From positions 26,292,851 through 26,356,850 of the forward strand of contig CM119266.1 of the NCBI GenBank assembly GCA_051294375.1: a stretch of 64,000 bases of DNA, written 5' to 3'. The position numbers were made by a program, and so were the translations under genes. Below, piece after piece: positions 51,449 through 63,415 of this stretch (position 1 is its first letter; each line of letters starts with the position of its first letter). The stretch comes from Paraspadella gotoi (taxonomy: Eukaryota > Animalia > Chaetognatha). The notes under the pieces were generated by a model. The model saw only the letters and a list, made by a program, of their open reading frames with translations, did no database searches and was not told the DNA's origin.

Positions 51449-54370
51449 ATGGCCCATCAAGTTTTTGTTTGCAGTTACTGCGATAGAAACTTTTTTCGTC
51501 ATGAAACGGCCGAAGATCACGTTTTGTCATCACCCCAATGCCGAGGTCATAATGCAACCTGTGAAATCAAATATAAAAAATTATGGAACTCCAAACTTTC
51601 AAACTCCTTGGTTCAAAGCATGGCTTCATCTTACCTTCAGGTTATTTCGAGAAGCATTAAAGCGTATATTATCCATTACGGGAGACCCTGGAATTTTCTT
51701 TCTCTTTATTTATTTGTAGGAACGATTCATTTGTATGCAGTGCCCTGCTGAGTTTTTCAATCGGGGTCACATGAAAGCTCATATGCGTCAGGGTCACCCA
51801 ACACTACCTCTAGTCTTTCAAAGGGAGGACCTTATAACCGGAAAAATCATGACGTTCGATGAAACTCCGCAAGGAATGCAAGCAAACCGTAAATTCTTCA
51901 ATCACGAAGACACTGTTATAAAAACTTCCTTGAAAAATTCTTCAAATGTAGAACAAATTCACAAAAAAGCACCAAGAGCAATGAAAAAAAACTCATCGAC
52001 TGGATCTCTCGAAAAGGGTAAAAGCTTGGAAGGTTCGCTTCCTAAGAAGGCATCTCCTGTAATCGAACTATTGTCAACCAAAAAAATTATAACTGAAGCG
52101 AATTTTGATGGATTTGACCAACAAGATTCCAAAGAACGCCAACCGTTGCCCTCTGTCAGAAACACTCCAATTGTGTCCCACGATGGACGTCTAGTAACTT
52201 CGGGCGGCCATTCCTTCAAAGTTGTTTCATCGAACGGAGTTAAGGTAGAAGAAAAAAATAAAATAAGGCTTGAGAAAAAATTCCTTGATGAGGAAGTTGT
52301 TGGGGAAAATTGCAGAAACAAAACGAAGCAGTCATCACACGCCAATGTAGACTCAAATAGATCAGCGGCAAAGTCACAACCAAAGGTTATTCCTTTGCAA
52401 TCAGCTATAAAGGCCGCAGAGACTGGATCGGTGAAACGTATCCGACTCAAAGCAGCTGACTTGAAAAGGCTGCTTTTGAGTAAAAACAATAAAAGAGTAG
52501 ACGCGTCAGCAATAAAAAATATTAACATAAACAAAACGACTTCTAAAAATAAATACGGCACGAAATCTGCAATTTTTCAACCTCAAGAACGTGTTCCAGT
52601 GAAAAGTGTCCAGGTAAAAGTGGAAGAGGTCCAAAGTAGCGACAAGAAACTTGGGAAAGAGACATTGCCAAACCGCAATGAATACGTAACTGGTTCCGTT
52701 CCTCGGGTGATAAAAGTTCCTCCTGGAACTTCATCGGAAGGATTGCAAAAGTTATTGTCAACGTCTTTCGGGTCTGATATAAAGATTAAAGTGGTTCCTA
52801 AAGTTCCGGGTCCAATAAATATTCTGCCCGAGAAAAATATTTCTACAAATGAGACAAAATTCTCAGCAGTGGAATTACAAAAAGATAAATTATTCAAGTC
52901 TCATATTAAGACTGAAATATTTTCTAAGCCTTCGGGCACACCAGAGATCCACCAACAATCCTTAAAGTTAAACTATAAAAAACATACTCAAGTTAACAAA
53001 CAAACAAATAGAAAACCTTGTGAACCAAAAAAAATTCAGCTGCCCGTCGATTCTTTACTGATGAGCCCAAAGAATCACAAGTATTTACATCCCAATTTTC
53101 ACCCAGTTTTGCGTCTTAGGAGACTTCCTTCCAGTGTGACAGAGAAACTGTTTCAGGGCAAAACCATGATCTATAAGGGACCCAAGTCTGCATCCGTCCC
53201 TCCATCGTTGGAGACGTCTACAACCAAATACTGCGATCAGCAATGGAACGACGCCTTCGCTTCTCGCGCTTTCTCGTCGATATCGCCTCTTCCGAAGGAT
53301 TTAACGATCGATTTCGGGGAGGACGAAGCTTTTACCTATTCTTCGGCTCGCAAATGCTGCCCAGTTTGCATGAAAGCTTTCGAAAAAGTCAGTCCGCTTC
53401 GCTCCCATATACACCAAGACCATAACGTGGACCCTTTTGGTTACGTGGAGATGGACGAGTCGGGCGGGATCTCCAATTTCGTTCCTTTCGGGACTGGCGA
53501 TGATCTCGGAGGGATCGGCGATGACGACAGGACTCGAGGGAATAAAAAGGAAAACAGAAAAAGATCGTTAGACGTCGACAACGGCCGTATCGACGATGAC
53601 AAGGAAATTTCCGACGTCAAACCCAACGACGACAGTCACAACTACCCTCCGGGATCGTCTTTTACTTGCACCAGTTGTGGCGATTCTTTCGCCGCCATTT
53701 CTTCCCTTCGTTCTCACCTCTTGCAGGTGCACGGGATGCGAACGGATCGCAGACGCGGTATCTCTTGTCTTGTTACTGATCCGGTATTGGGAACGACGGA
53801 GTTGGTCAAGATGAAAGTCATCGCCTCGCCCACCAAGCCATCGCCTACGAAAGTCAAGAGAAGCTCAACTCATACATTCTCCTGCACCATCTGCTACGAG
53901 GAATTCAACGATCTTGATTTTATTCGAGCTCATTGTCGGTGTCAGCACAAAGCGACAAAGATATCCTTCCTCAAGAAAAATTTAACGACTGGAGAAGCAG
54001 AGATTATTAATGAGTCGGCTGGCTATGAGGCTCACGGAACGTCAAAGTGAGTTGAGTTAACCCAGTCAGCTTATTGTCGGAATTAACCATTGTAATTGGA
54101 GTTTCTAAAAATAAAATTTTTATTTGAATTAGGTTCGATTTTTTCTGCCCGTTCTGCAAATCACAGTTTTTTGCGGTGTCCGGTCTCCGTCAACATTGTG
54201 AACGTCTGCACGGAGTTAAAGATTTTCACTATTCTTATCGCGATCCCGCTACTGGAAAAACTTTTTACGCTGATAGTTTCACGTACAGTAAAGTTGACGC
54301 TGCCCTACGTAAAACCGGTTACAAAACGAATTTGGACAGGATACTCAGTAACGCTCAAGACATTAGTTAA
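51449..54370 (+). CDS. Multi-C2H2 zinc-finger protein (3 exons: 51449-51640, 51720-54046, 54132-54370)
   Basis: Dispersed fingers CSYC..H, CMQC..H..H, CPVC..HIHQDH, CTSC..HLLQVH, CTIC..HCRCQH and CPFC..HCERLH, with a long K/S-rich linker. GT-AG introns join the ORFs in frame. Confidence 0.8.
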
Positions 54371-55231
54371 TTGTCTGCATTTTAATTTAAATTTATTTGT
54401 AATCTGAATGAATATAAACATTCTTTTTTTTAATAAAATATAATTGCTTTGCGAATAATCTAAAAGCCTAATTTGTTTTTTGTCTTGGGCGGGATATTCG
54501 TTTACTATTGCTTTTTGTGTCATCGTTATCGTTGTCGTCACGCTTATTTTTTTTATATAAAAACTATTACAATTTATATAAGGGTTATTACAGATTATGA
54601 TAATAATAATAATAATGAATGAAGTAGGCGTGGTTTATAATTTTGAATTGGTAACAGTTATAACAATTTTTAATTGTAAATATTTGTAAAAATTAAAAAT
54701 GAGTTGAGCTCTGCAGCGGCTGGACTTCTTTCTCTTTTTTTTAAACGTTTTCCCATTAATCATTCTCTATCATCACATTAATAATTCGTTATTATCGCAT
54801 ACAAATTTGTTAATATTTAACTTTTATGCTCTATCAGAATCCACAAAAAAGTTAAGATGGTTTAAAAATAATTGTATTACTATATAATAATTATATGATA
54901 ATCCTTTCTTTTCGTTGTAAATGATTTAGAAAAAAACAAAGTTTTATTAGTTTTCAACGAATTTGTTTTTATTGGAAAACAATAAAAACAAATTCGTTGA
55001 AACTAATAAAACTTTGTTTTTCTCTATATAATAATTATATATTGTAATTTTGATAGAAACAATAAAATTGAACTTTTTTAAAAAATTCTTTTTTTATTTG
55101 AAAGTAGATTTCAAGACTAAAGTTTTGAACCCCCGCCCCTTTTGATTTTAATTTTATAGTATATTTCTATCTAAATCCTCATATACACTAGAATTAAAAG
55201 CCAATAATATTGTTGATACTTAATATGAATA

Positions 55232-55540
55232 CAGAAGGCTTCATATAAAATGAGGTCCCCTTTTTTTGTGACCAGAATCTGTTCCCACCAAACTACCCGA
55301 TCAAATTTCATGAAAATTTACATATCCTTATGACAAAATAAATGGAACTATCGAGGCGAATTTTGATATTCAACCCCCGACAGGAGATACAGGGGTCAAA
55401 TATTGAAATTCGCCTCGATAGTTCTATTTGTATTCACATAGGGATCGTTCATTCCAAATTTCAATAAATTTGGTCCAGTAGTTTTCTCGGTACGGGTTCT
55501 GGTCACAAAAAAGGGGTACCTCATTTTATAATATGAAGCT
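55232..55540. mobile_element. Second copy of the CAGAAGGCTTCATAT MITE (internally deleted)
   Basis: Shares termini and subterminal sequence with 10144-10937. Confidence 0.7.
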
Positions 55541-55567
55541 TATATAATTTGTATATATATATATAAC

Positions 55568-55749
55568 TTAGAGAAAAACAAAGTTTATTTGTTTATTTAC
55601 AACGATTTTTATTTTACATAGGGACATGTTTCAGCTTTATGTATAAGCCTTCATCAGCGTATTATCAGGCTTATACATAAAGCCGAAAAATGCCCCTATG
55701 TAAAATAAAAATCGTTGTAAATAAACAAATAAACTTTGTTTTTCTCTAA
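55568..55749. repeat. About 180-bp palindrome built from two inverted copies of the hammerhead-bearing element end
   Basis: TTAGAGAAAAACAAAGTTTATTTG... mirrors ...CAAATAAACTTTGTTTTTCTCTAA. A related palindrome lies at about 54925-55025. Confidence 0.8.
55615..55662 (-). ncRNA. Minimal type I hammerhead ribozyme motif (Penelope-like)
   Basis: Minus strand ATACG-CTGATGA-A-GGCTT-ATACATA-AAGCT-GAAAC-AT-GTC^CCTAT, with a palindromic ACATGT helix III. Confidence 0.65.
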
Positions 55750-56397
55750 ATCTACAAAAACAACGAAACGAAAGGAAATTAACACAATATATATAACTTG
55801 AAGTTTAACAGACGCTGTTCCTTTGTTTGATTATTCTTACTCTTGGGTCGAGAAAAGGAGACCTCTAAAAATTTATAGATATAACCATTTTAGCAACTAA
55901 AATTAAAGTAAAAGTAAAAAGTAAAAAATAACTTAGTTTCAAAGTGTCGACTGACGGTGAGAAACATTTAATAAATGTCATTTGCTATAATTTGTCTTTG
56001 AATTAATTCTCTCAATGTCGTAGTCAGTAACATGAATTTGAATGTTAACAGTAATTTGAATGTTTTTTTTTAATTTTGCTTGCCATAAGCTCAGGAAAAT
56101 GAGTAAACATTTATAATAATATATATATTATATAATTTATTGCGAAAAAGGGTTCTACCTTCATCATGAAGGCAGAAGAAATATTTTGTTTTCTCAATAA
56201 AAACAGTTCAAATTTAAACGTACAAATGACTACAAATGTCATGTAATGAGTATGTTTTTTTTTATCAGTTTACGAATAAGCCACAAATTAAATAGTTTAA
56301 TTACCATATTAATATTTGTAAATTAATATTTATTTTTGCCTAAGTTCAAAATCTGATGATCAATAGTTCCTTCAACGGACGTAGATTGAAAATGTTG

Positions 56398-59300
56398 TCA
56401 GCCTTCGAGTCGTGCGCGATGTTCCGTCCTAAGTAGCCATCGGCCAAGCGGTGTAGGAATGGTTAACGATCCTTTAGAAACCACAAAAAAAAAAAATTTA
56501 ATCAAATTTTAATATGGGTTTAAAAGATTTCTCCTCTAACAAACCACTGCTAATGACGCGTTCCCGACTCGCCACTTCTTCTGCCAACGCTTTGATCCCC
56601 ACAAACGTTTCCTATGTAAGAAAAACGATGTAAGTTCGCCGCTGCCATCGCCGTCTGAAAGTCCGTTTATCGCTTACCGCTCCGACCGGAACGATTTCCG
56701 TCGACGGGAGAAGAAACCCGTAATTTCCTCGATCCGGAAGTTCCACTGTGTAGGCGTACTTGACGCCGGCGATCCCCTTTACCCAGTCATCAGAACCTCC
56801 AGAAGCTGAGTCTGTCACAATCGATAAGGGCCACAAAATTTAAATTATTTATCACTTATGCGATTTTATTTATTATGTTTTCTTTGTCCTTACATAATAT
56901 TCTTGTCGACGATCCTGTTTGATAGACGGTATGTCGAACCGTTTTGATTGCTGCGATAGCTTTTTCAGCCACTGATATCTTGAATTTTGGCATGGTAAAT
57001 CAAACCAAACAAAAAAAATCTTAAATTAACATCAATGCTTCGTGAGAAGGACAAACTCTCGTGTAACATTTTTGGCACTACGTATTCCATTGATATTCAC
57101 ACATCAAGACGAAGATCACTGAACGTTGACGTTTGAAGAACAAAATAAACAACGATGTTAAGGGAAAATTTCTATCGGGGCTAGGATCGGCGAGGGGAGG
57201 GAAGCGCATTTTGCAATGATAACAAGTGGGCAGAAAAACAAACAGTCCGTTGTCATCTCGTTTAAGGTCTTCTTTACCCCCTGTTGCAAAGTCTATATGG
57301 CCATACGGCATTCAAAACGCTAATGTTCTTTATCTAGTTTCGACCATAGCCTTTATTACCAGTTCATCATAGTCGTTGGGAACGTCGTATGTGTAGCCCC
57401 ACGGAGTTAAAAACATTTGTGAATAGGAATGAAGTGACAGGTATATCTGAAAAGTTATAGCATATTAAACAAAATTCAGTAGATGCGACTTGTCAACTGT
57501 ATATGAAATTGGTACAACGAATATAAAAATTATCCATTCATTTAATAAATAAGCTATCTTGCCCCTGACTTTGGACAGGCTTTGGTGGTTTAAGGCCTCC
57601 ATCACTCTTACAAGATAATGACATAGCAGGTCCCTGCAAGTTTTCAATCAAGACTCTTTCACAGTCTCGTTTATTCACTCTCAGAGTACCTGGTTTCCCT
57701 ATCAATGAAGTGGAAAATATTTCAAAGAATGTTTCAATTGTATGAAAAGACCACTTATTGTACTTATTGTACTCCGCACTATCATTTTTACGGCGATGAA
57801 AATCTAATACTAATTAAGCTTGATTTCTTTTCCTGCTACAGAAATCCGCTCACCTTAAAAACATTTTGGTTTTTGAGGATGAATTCAGACATGAGTCTCG
57901 TTTCTGGTTCGGAAAACGGGAGTGACCCGGCATACGTGTCGTCGCATGGATTCGAGCTGGCGCCTGCGGGATAAACTTTAGCATCAACCAATGGTTTTAA
58001 CTTCGCTCAATACTTTTTATAGATACCAACAGAAGATTGTAAAATTGTGCCTAGCAAAAAAGTCAGTTCTTATAATATACATAACAATATCACGAACTTG
58101 ATACAAAAACTGATAGAGAATGACGAACAGTAACAGAATAAAAAAAAAGTTTGAGCAAACAATGTCGGATCTGCCTACGATAATTAAGTGGTAATAAGCT
58201 AACTTGGTCAACTTGCATAATTTAATCAACTTGCATTATTTGGTCAACTGGCATAATTTGGTCAACTGGCGTAATTTGGTCAACTGACATAATTTTGTCA
58301 GCTGACATAATTTGGTCAACTGACATAATTTGGTCAACTGACATAATTCGGTTAACTGACATAATTTGGTCAACTGATATAATTTGGTCAACTGACTTAA
58401 TTTGTTTAACTGACATAATTTGGTTAACTGACATAATTTGTTCAACTGACATAATTTGGTCAACTGATATAATTTGGTCAATTAACATAATTTGGTGAAC
58501 TGGTATAGTTTGGTCAACTGGCATAATTTTATCAACTGGCATAATTTGGTCAACAGGCATAATTTGGTCAACTTGCAGAATTTAGTAAACTGGCATAATT
58601 TGGTCAACTGGCATAATTTGGTCAACTTGCAGAATTTAGTCAACTGGCATATTTTTGTAGATTGGCATAATTTGGTCAATCAATCAATCAATCAGAGAGA
58701 GATAGAGAGAAAGAAACTTTAAAAAATTCAAATAAATGTGTCTTTTGGTTTTCTAATTTGAACTTTTTTCCACTCTTACGATTCCATCAAAAAATTTATA
58801 TCCAGCTTCATCACATACTTTCCTACCCACACACAAAATTCCATTTCAATTTATCTATCCAATTTTTCATAAACATAATAATTATGAGTAAATTTAAGTA
58901 AAAATACCTCAGGTAAATATGACTTTTGTTTTTTCCATTTTAACTCATTTCCACTTGCTCGATTCCATCGAAACTTTATATCCAGCTCAATCACACACTT
59001 TCCTACCATCATACAAAATTTCAAGTTAAATGTCATATTCACTCATGAGCAATGTAGTCGGGCATTGCCTAGGTTCACCCCGCCTAGAATCATGACGCTT
59101 TCAGTTGTGACCCGGTGGCTCATTGAGTAAAGCCATCAGCTCATGACCACTAGGTACCGGGTTCAATCCCAACCTGGTACCTACCCTGCGGGAAGCGTGA
59201 GGACGGCCGTAAGCCGCCTTGGGGTATGGCAAACCCTCAAGCCTGGTTCCAAGCCCAGGGACCCGTTCCATGGCTGTTAGAGGGGGTTATAGAAGTTACG

Positions 59301-61335
59301 GACAGTCATCTTCAGCCCACGTTGCGCCTTATCCACACTGGTGAGCCCATCCTGTCGAGCGTATTCCAACCTTCTGATTCCAGGCCCTTGGTCTAGCTGA
59401 AGATTGCTCCCCTCCCTCCACTGGAAGCAGTGCAGGGTGGGTTACAACTGGGGGGCATGTAGTCGGGCATTGCCTAGGTTCACCCCGCCTAGAATCATGA
59501 CGCTTTCAGTTGTGACCCGGTGGCTCATTGAGTAAAGCCATCGCTCATGACCACTAAGTACCGGGTTCAATCCCAACCTGGTACCTACCCTGCGGGAAGT
59601 GTGAGGACGGCCGTAAGCCGCCTTGGGGGTATGGCAAACCCTCAAGCCTGGTTCCAAGCCCAGGGACCCGTTCCATGGCTGTTAGAGGGGGTTATAGAAG
59701 TTACGGACAGTCATCTTCAGCCCACATAGCGCCTTATCCACAGCAATTGGCGTTCAAATAGTGAAATATATTTTTTTGTTTTTTCCATTCAAACCAATTT
59801 CCACTCGCACGATTCCATCAAAACTTCATATCCATCTCAATCAAACAGTTTCCTACCCACACACAAAATTTCATTCCAATCCATCCATCCAATCACGAGT
59901 AATTGGAGTTTTTTGCTAAGGGTGGACGGACGTACGGACATCATTTTTTTTGCATAATTTATTATAATTCGAGGTTCTGATATGATAATAATAATTTACC
60001 GACAATATTTTGGGGTGGGACCGATGGACCGACAAAGTGAATTATAGAGTCGGAATCTGCTGATAAGCAGATCCGACTAAAAAACTAGTTCAGAAAATCT
60101 AGGAAACGATAAAAAAATTCGAGGTTTATAAACCCACCGCTTTCCCGCCAATGAAAACCCCAGTTACGATTCGGATCGGCGCCACGACAGTTGGAGAAAA
60201 CTGTTTTCGATCGCGTCTTGCGCCACAGCCGATTGTGAGTCCACGTGTATTCGTAACCGTCTATTTCGAAAAATTGGGGAAAATACTAACTTGAAAGCTT
60301 TCAGTTTTCTCTTTCCTCTTCCTTCCCAGACACCTGGATTTGCGACGGGTAAAAGAAACCAATCAAAGTTGTCAATCAATCGCTTGGTCCTCGCGAGGCC
60401 ATTTCTCCATTCTTCAAGAAGCTGCAAAAGTATTCGCGTCGTAATTGAATTTTAAAGATTAACATCTTTTGTGGAGGTTTGTCCGTCTTGTCAGAGCCCG
60501 TAGATAAAATATATAAAATCTAACTTGAAATATAAATTAGTAATTGGGTCCTTTCTCATTTTCGTTCGTTCTATTTTTAGTATAATTCCGAGAAGCGACG
60601 ACAGTGAGCGGCTATTATTTTATTTTTCAGTCCGATTCCATCTCCTATTCCACGTATTCCACCTCCTTGGTGAGTCACCAATGGTGACTCGCTTGATTGT
60701 TGACTTCGTTTGCGTCCAATCGTGCGGTGTAACGAGTTTCTTCGTCTTAAAGGGAATTCCTAAACAAATCAATTCAGGAAAAAAAACCTTAGAGATCACG
60801 TAGATGAGCGTCGCTGGTGCGATCCACTCTCTCGCGTGAATTCCAGCGTCGATCCAAATGCCCGTCTTCGGCTGACCATCCGTTCGAGGTTTGCCGAGCT
60901 TCATCGAGAATGAGCAAAGATCAAGTCCAATTCATTAAACAATCAATTCTGTAACATTACCTTCAAAATTGCTAGTGGCCGTTGCTCGCTGCTTTTCCCC
61001 AGAAAAATAAAAGAACAAATTTCCGAATGAGCGGCGCAAGTTTCGCGCATCCATGAAAGAATCTAATGAAGAATAATGATTTTAATAATCAGCCCATTTT
61101 ATTTGGTATTTTTTAAACAGTCATTTTTAAAATGCCTTGTCTTCTAATACGAATTCCCTGTTTTTTCGGAAGATTAATAATTAAAAATTTCGACAAACAC
61201 TTTGGTCAGTCAGTACCTTTGTTTACGATTACCTCGTCGTAGCGCGCATAACGGCCAACAATGTTATGAGTTTGAGATTTTTCCTCCAGATCTGTCGACA
61301 GATAAAGACGCTGGCGTTCTTCCTCAATTAGACTG
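56398..61335 (-). CDS. M14A zinc carboxypeptidase (A/B type); 5' exons not located
   Basis: [86 protein letters not shown]. Confidence 0.9.
58200..58680. repeat. 18-bp minisatellite (GGTCAACTGACATAATTT)n
   Basis: About 26 tandem degenerate units are directly visible. Confidence 0.95.
59188..59266 (+). ncRNA. Twister ribozyme motif, P5-type permutation (LTR1)
   Basis: GCGGG..GT-GA-GGA-CGGCCG-T^AA-GCC-GC-[P3]-CCTGG-T-TCC-AAGC-CCAGG..CCCGT. GGA/TCC forms pseudoknot T1; predicted cut at 59210/59211. P2 is weak. Confidence 0.7.
59592..59671 (+). ncRNA. Twister ribozyme motif, P5-type permutation (LTR2)
   Basis: Same motif as in LTR1; predicted cut at 59614/59615. Confidence 0.7.
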
Positions 61336-61479
61336 AATAAAGTTAATTTATTTTTTTACTGGTTAAACAAGGGCTGGCCGTAGCTATTGTTTACATACAT
61401 GGTGACAATTTTTAACCGGCCGCTAAAAAAAAGATACCATTTTCTAACCCGTAAACATTTTTTCCATATTAAATATTAA

Positions 61480-62690
61480 TTAAACAAGTTTGAGCAAACA
61501 ATGTCAGATCTGCCCACGATCATTATCGGTAATTAATTAATTAATTAGGCAATTAATTAATTAATTTGATCCCAAATGTTTGTTTTTAGGTCTTTTTATC
61601 ACTAACCACGACAAAAGCAATGACGACGATGAGAATAATGCCGATAACGATTGACTTGATTGATTGACTAATTGATTAATTAACTGATAAATTATTTGAT
61701 TAATTAATATATCTTGCATTTACATTTAATATAAAAATAAAAAGAAGCATAATCGATTAGTAAAACATGTTTTTTGTTTTTTCCATTTAAACTCATTTCC
61801 ACTCGGACAATTCCTTCGAATCTTCATATCCAGCTGGATCACAAACTTCCCTACCAACACACAAAATTTCATTCCAATCCATCCACCCAATCACGAGTAA
61901 TTAGTATTTTTTGTTAAGGTGGGATGGACGGACAGACAGACAGACGGACGGAGGGACATCATTTTTTTTGCATAATTTATCACAATTTGATGTTCTGACA
62001 TGATATAAGTGAATGCCCAACAAGATTGAGGGGGCGGACCGATGGACCGACAAAGTGAATTATAAAGTCATCCCACCTTAGCAAAAAACACCAATTACTC
62101 GTGATTGGATGGATGGATTGGAATGAAATTTTGTGTGTTGGTAGGAAAGTGTGTGATTGTATATGAAGTTTCGATGGAATTGTCCGAGCGGAAATGAGTT
62201 TAAATGGAAAAAACAAAAAAATATATTTCATTATTTGAACACCAATTACTCATGAGTGGATGGGGCGATTGACTTGAAATTTTGTATTTGGGTAGAAAAG
62301 TGTGTGATTAAACTGGAAATCAAATTTCGATGGAATCGTTTGAGTGGAAATGAGTTTAAATGGAAAAAACAAAGAACCTGTTTCACTAATTGATTATGCT
62401 TCTTTTTCGTTTTATTTTAAATGTAAATGCAAGATGTATTAATTAATTAAATAATTATTCAGTTAATTAATCAATTAGTCAATTAATTAATCAATAATTA
62501 ATTAATCAGTCAATTAATCAATCAAAACAAACATTTTGGATCAAATTAATTAATTGCCTAATTAATTAAATAATTAACCTGAATAAATTAATTATTAATT
62601 AATTAAATAATTAACTTGAATTAATTATTAATGAATTAATTACCGATAATGATCGTGGGCAGATCCGACATTGTTTGCTCAAACTTGTTA
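61480..62690. mobile_element. Two HINE-like copies joined in inverted orientation
   Basis: AACAAGTTTGAGCAAACAATGTC at about 61483 mirrors GACATTGTTTGCTCAAACTTGTT at about 62667; the junction lies near 62070. Confidence 0.6.
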
Positions 62691-63054
62691 TCTTCTGAAA
62701 GCCCTTGCAAATATGAAGAGAATGGGCTGTACTCCTGCTTCGGGTATTTTAGACAATGATTTTGAAATTCGAATAACTATCATTTATTTTCACCCCACTG
62801 ATAAATATAGGACGTTCTTCAGTTAAAAAAACGGTTGGCTATAGTTATCTTTTCCTTATAATTTCGAGCACACTTGGTGAATTTCAAAATACGGTAAGAC
62901 ATGATTTCTTCAATCAAATCTCGTTATCTGCTTAATTTTAAGAAAAAGTACATGCGATTTTTCATGGTAAGCACAACATTTAAAGATTAAATTGCTCGTA
63001 GGAATTTAGGCGTCAATCAGATTCACAGAACTCTACAGGATAAAGATGACACTT

Positions 63055-63415
63055 AATCTTTTTCTCTTTTCCCCTCCCTTTTTCTTTTTCCTTCTCTTTC
63101 TCCCTCTCTGTCACTCTTTCTGTCACTCTTTCTTTCCCTCCTTCAATCCTTCTCTCATCCTTTTCCTCTCTCTTCCTCTCTTTTGCCTTTTTTCCCTAAT
63201 TATTTTTTTTCCTTTTTTATCTCTTCTTTCCTACTTCTCTCTTCGTCTCTCTCTCCTTTTCCATATTTTTTTTTCTTTCCTTCTCTCTTGTTCTCAACCG
63301 CCTCTTAATCTTTTTTTTCTACTTTCAAATTTAATCTCTCTCCCTCTACCTCATCCTCTTTTTTCACACACTCTTTCTCGCTCCACTTCTCTTTTTCTCT
63401 TGTTCTCTTATTTTT
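63055..63415. repeat. CT-rich low-complexity tract
   Basis: Near-pure pyrimidine stretch; it accounts for ORF 63046-63453. Confidence 0.85.

Larger units (their letters stand above)
59053..59742 (+). mobile_element. Complete TRIM (miniature LTR retrotransposon) with tRNA-derived, ribozyme-bearing LTRs
   Basis: LTRs 59053-59337 and 59458-59742 (285 bp, near-identical, TG...CA); 4-bp TSD GCAA; PBS-like TGGTGAGCCC at 59339; G-rich PPT before LTR2. An empty-site version (CATGAGTAATTGG) is seen in the related repeat near 62240. Confidence 0.9.
58145..60083 (-). mobile_element. DINE/HINE-like element carrying an 18-bp minisatellite and the TRIM insertion
   Basis: Same termini as 21470-22190 (CAATGTCGGATCTGC ... 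GCTGATAAGCAGATCCGACTAAAAA). Confidence 0.65.

Noticed and set aside
58222-58722. ORFs such as [13 protein letters not shown]...
   Set aside because: Translation artefacts of the 18-bp minisatellite.
59109-59180. tRNA-Met-like gene (CTCATGA loop)
   Set aside because: The cloverleaf stems are poor and it lies within an LTR; treated as a tRNA-derived promoter.
59396-59430. CTGAAGA as a hammerhead core in the TRIM internal region
   Set aside because: No properly placed stem II and GAAA follow.
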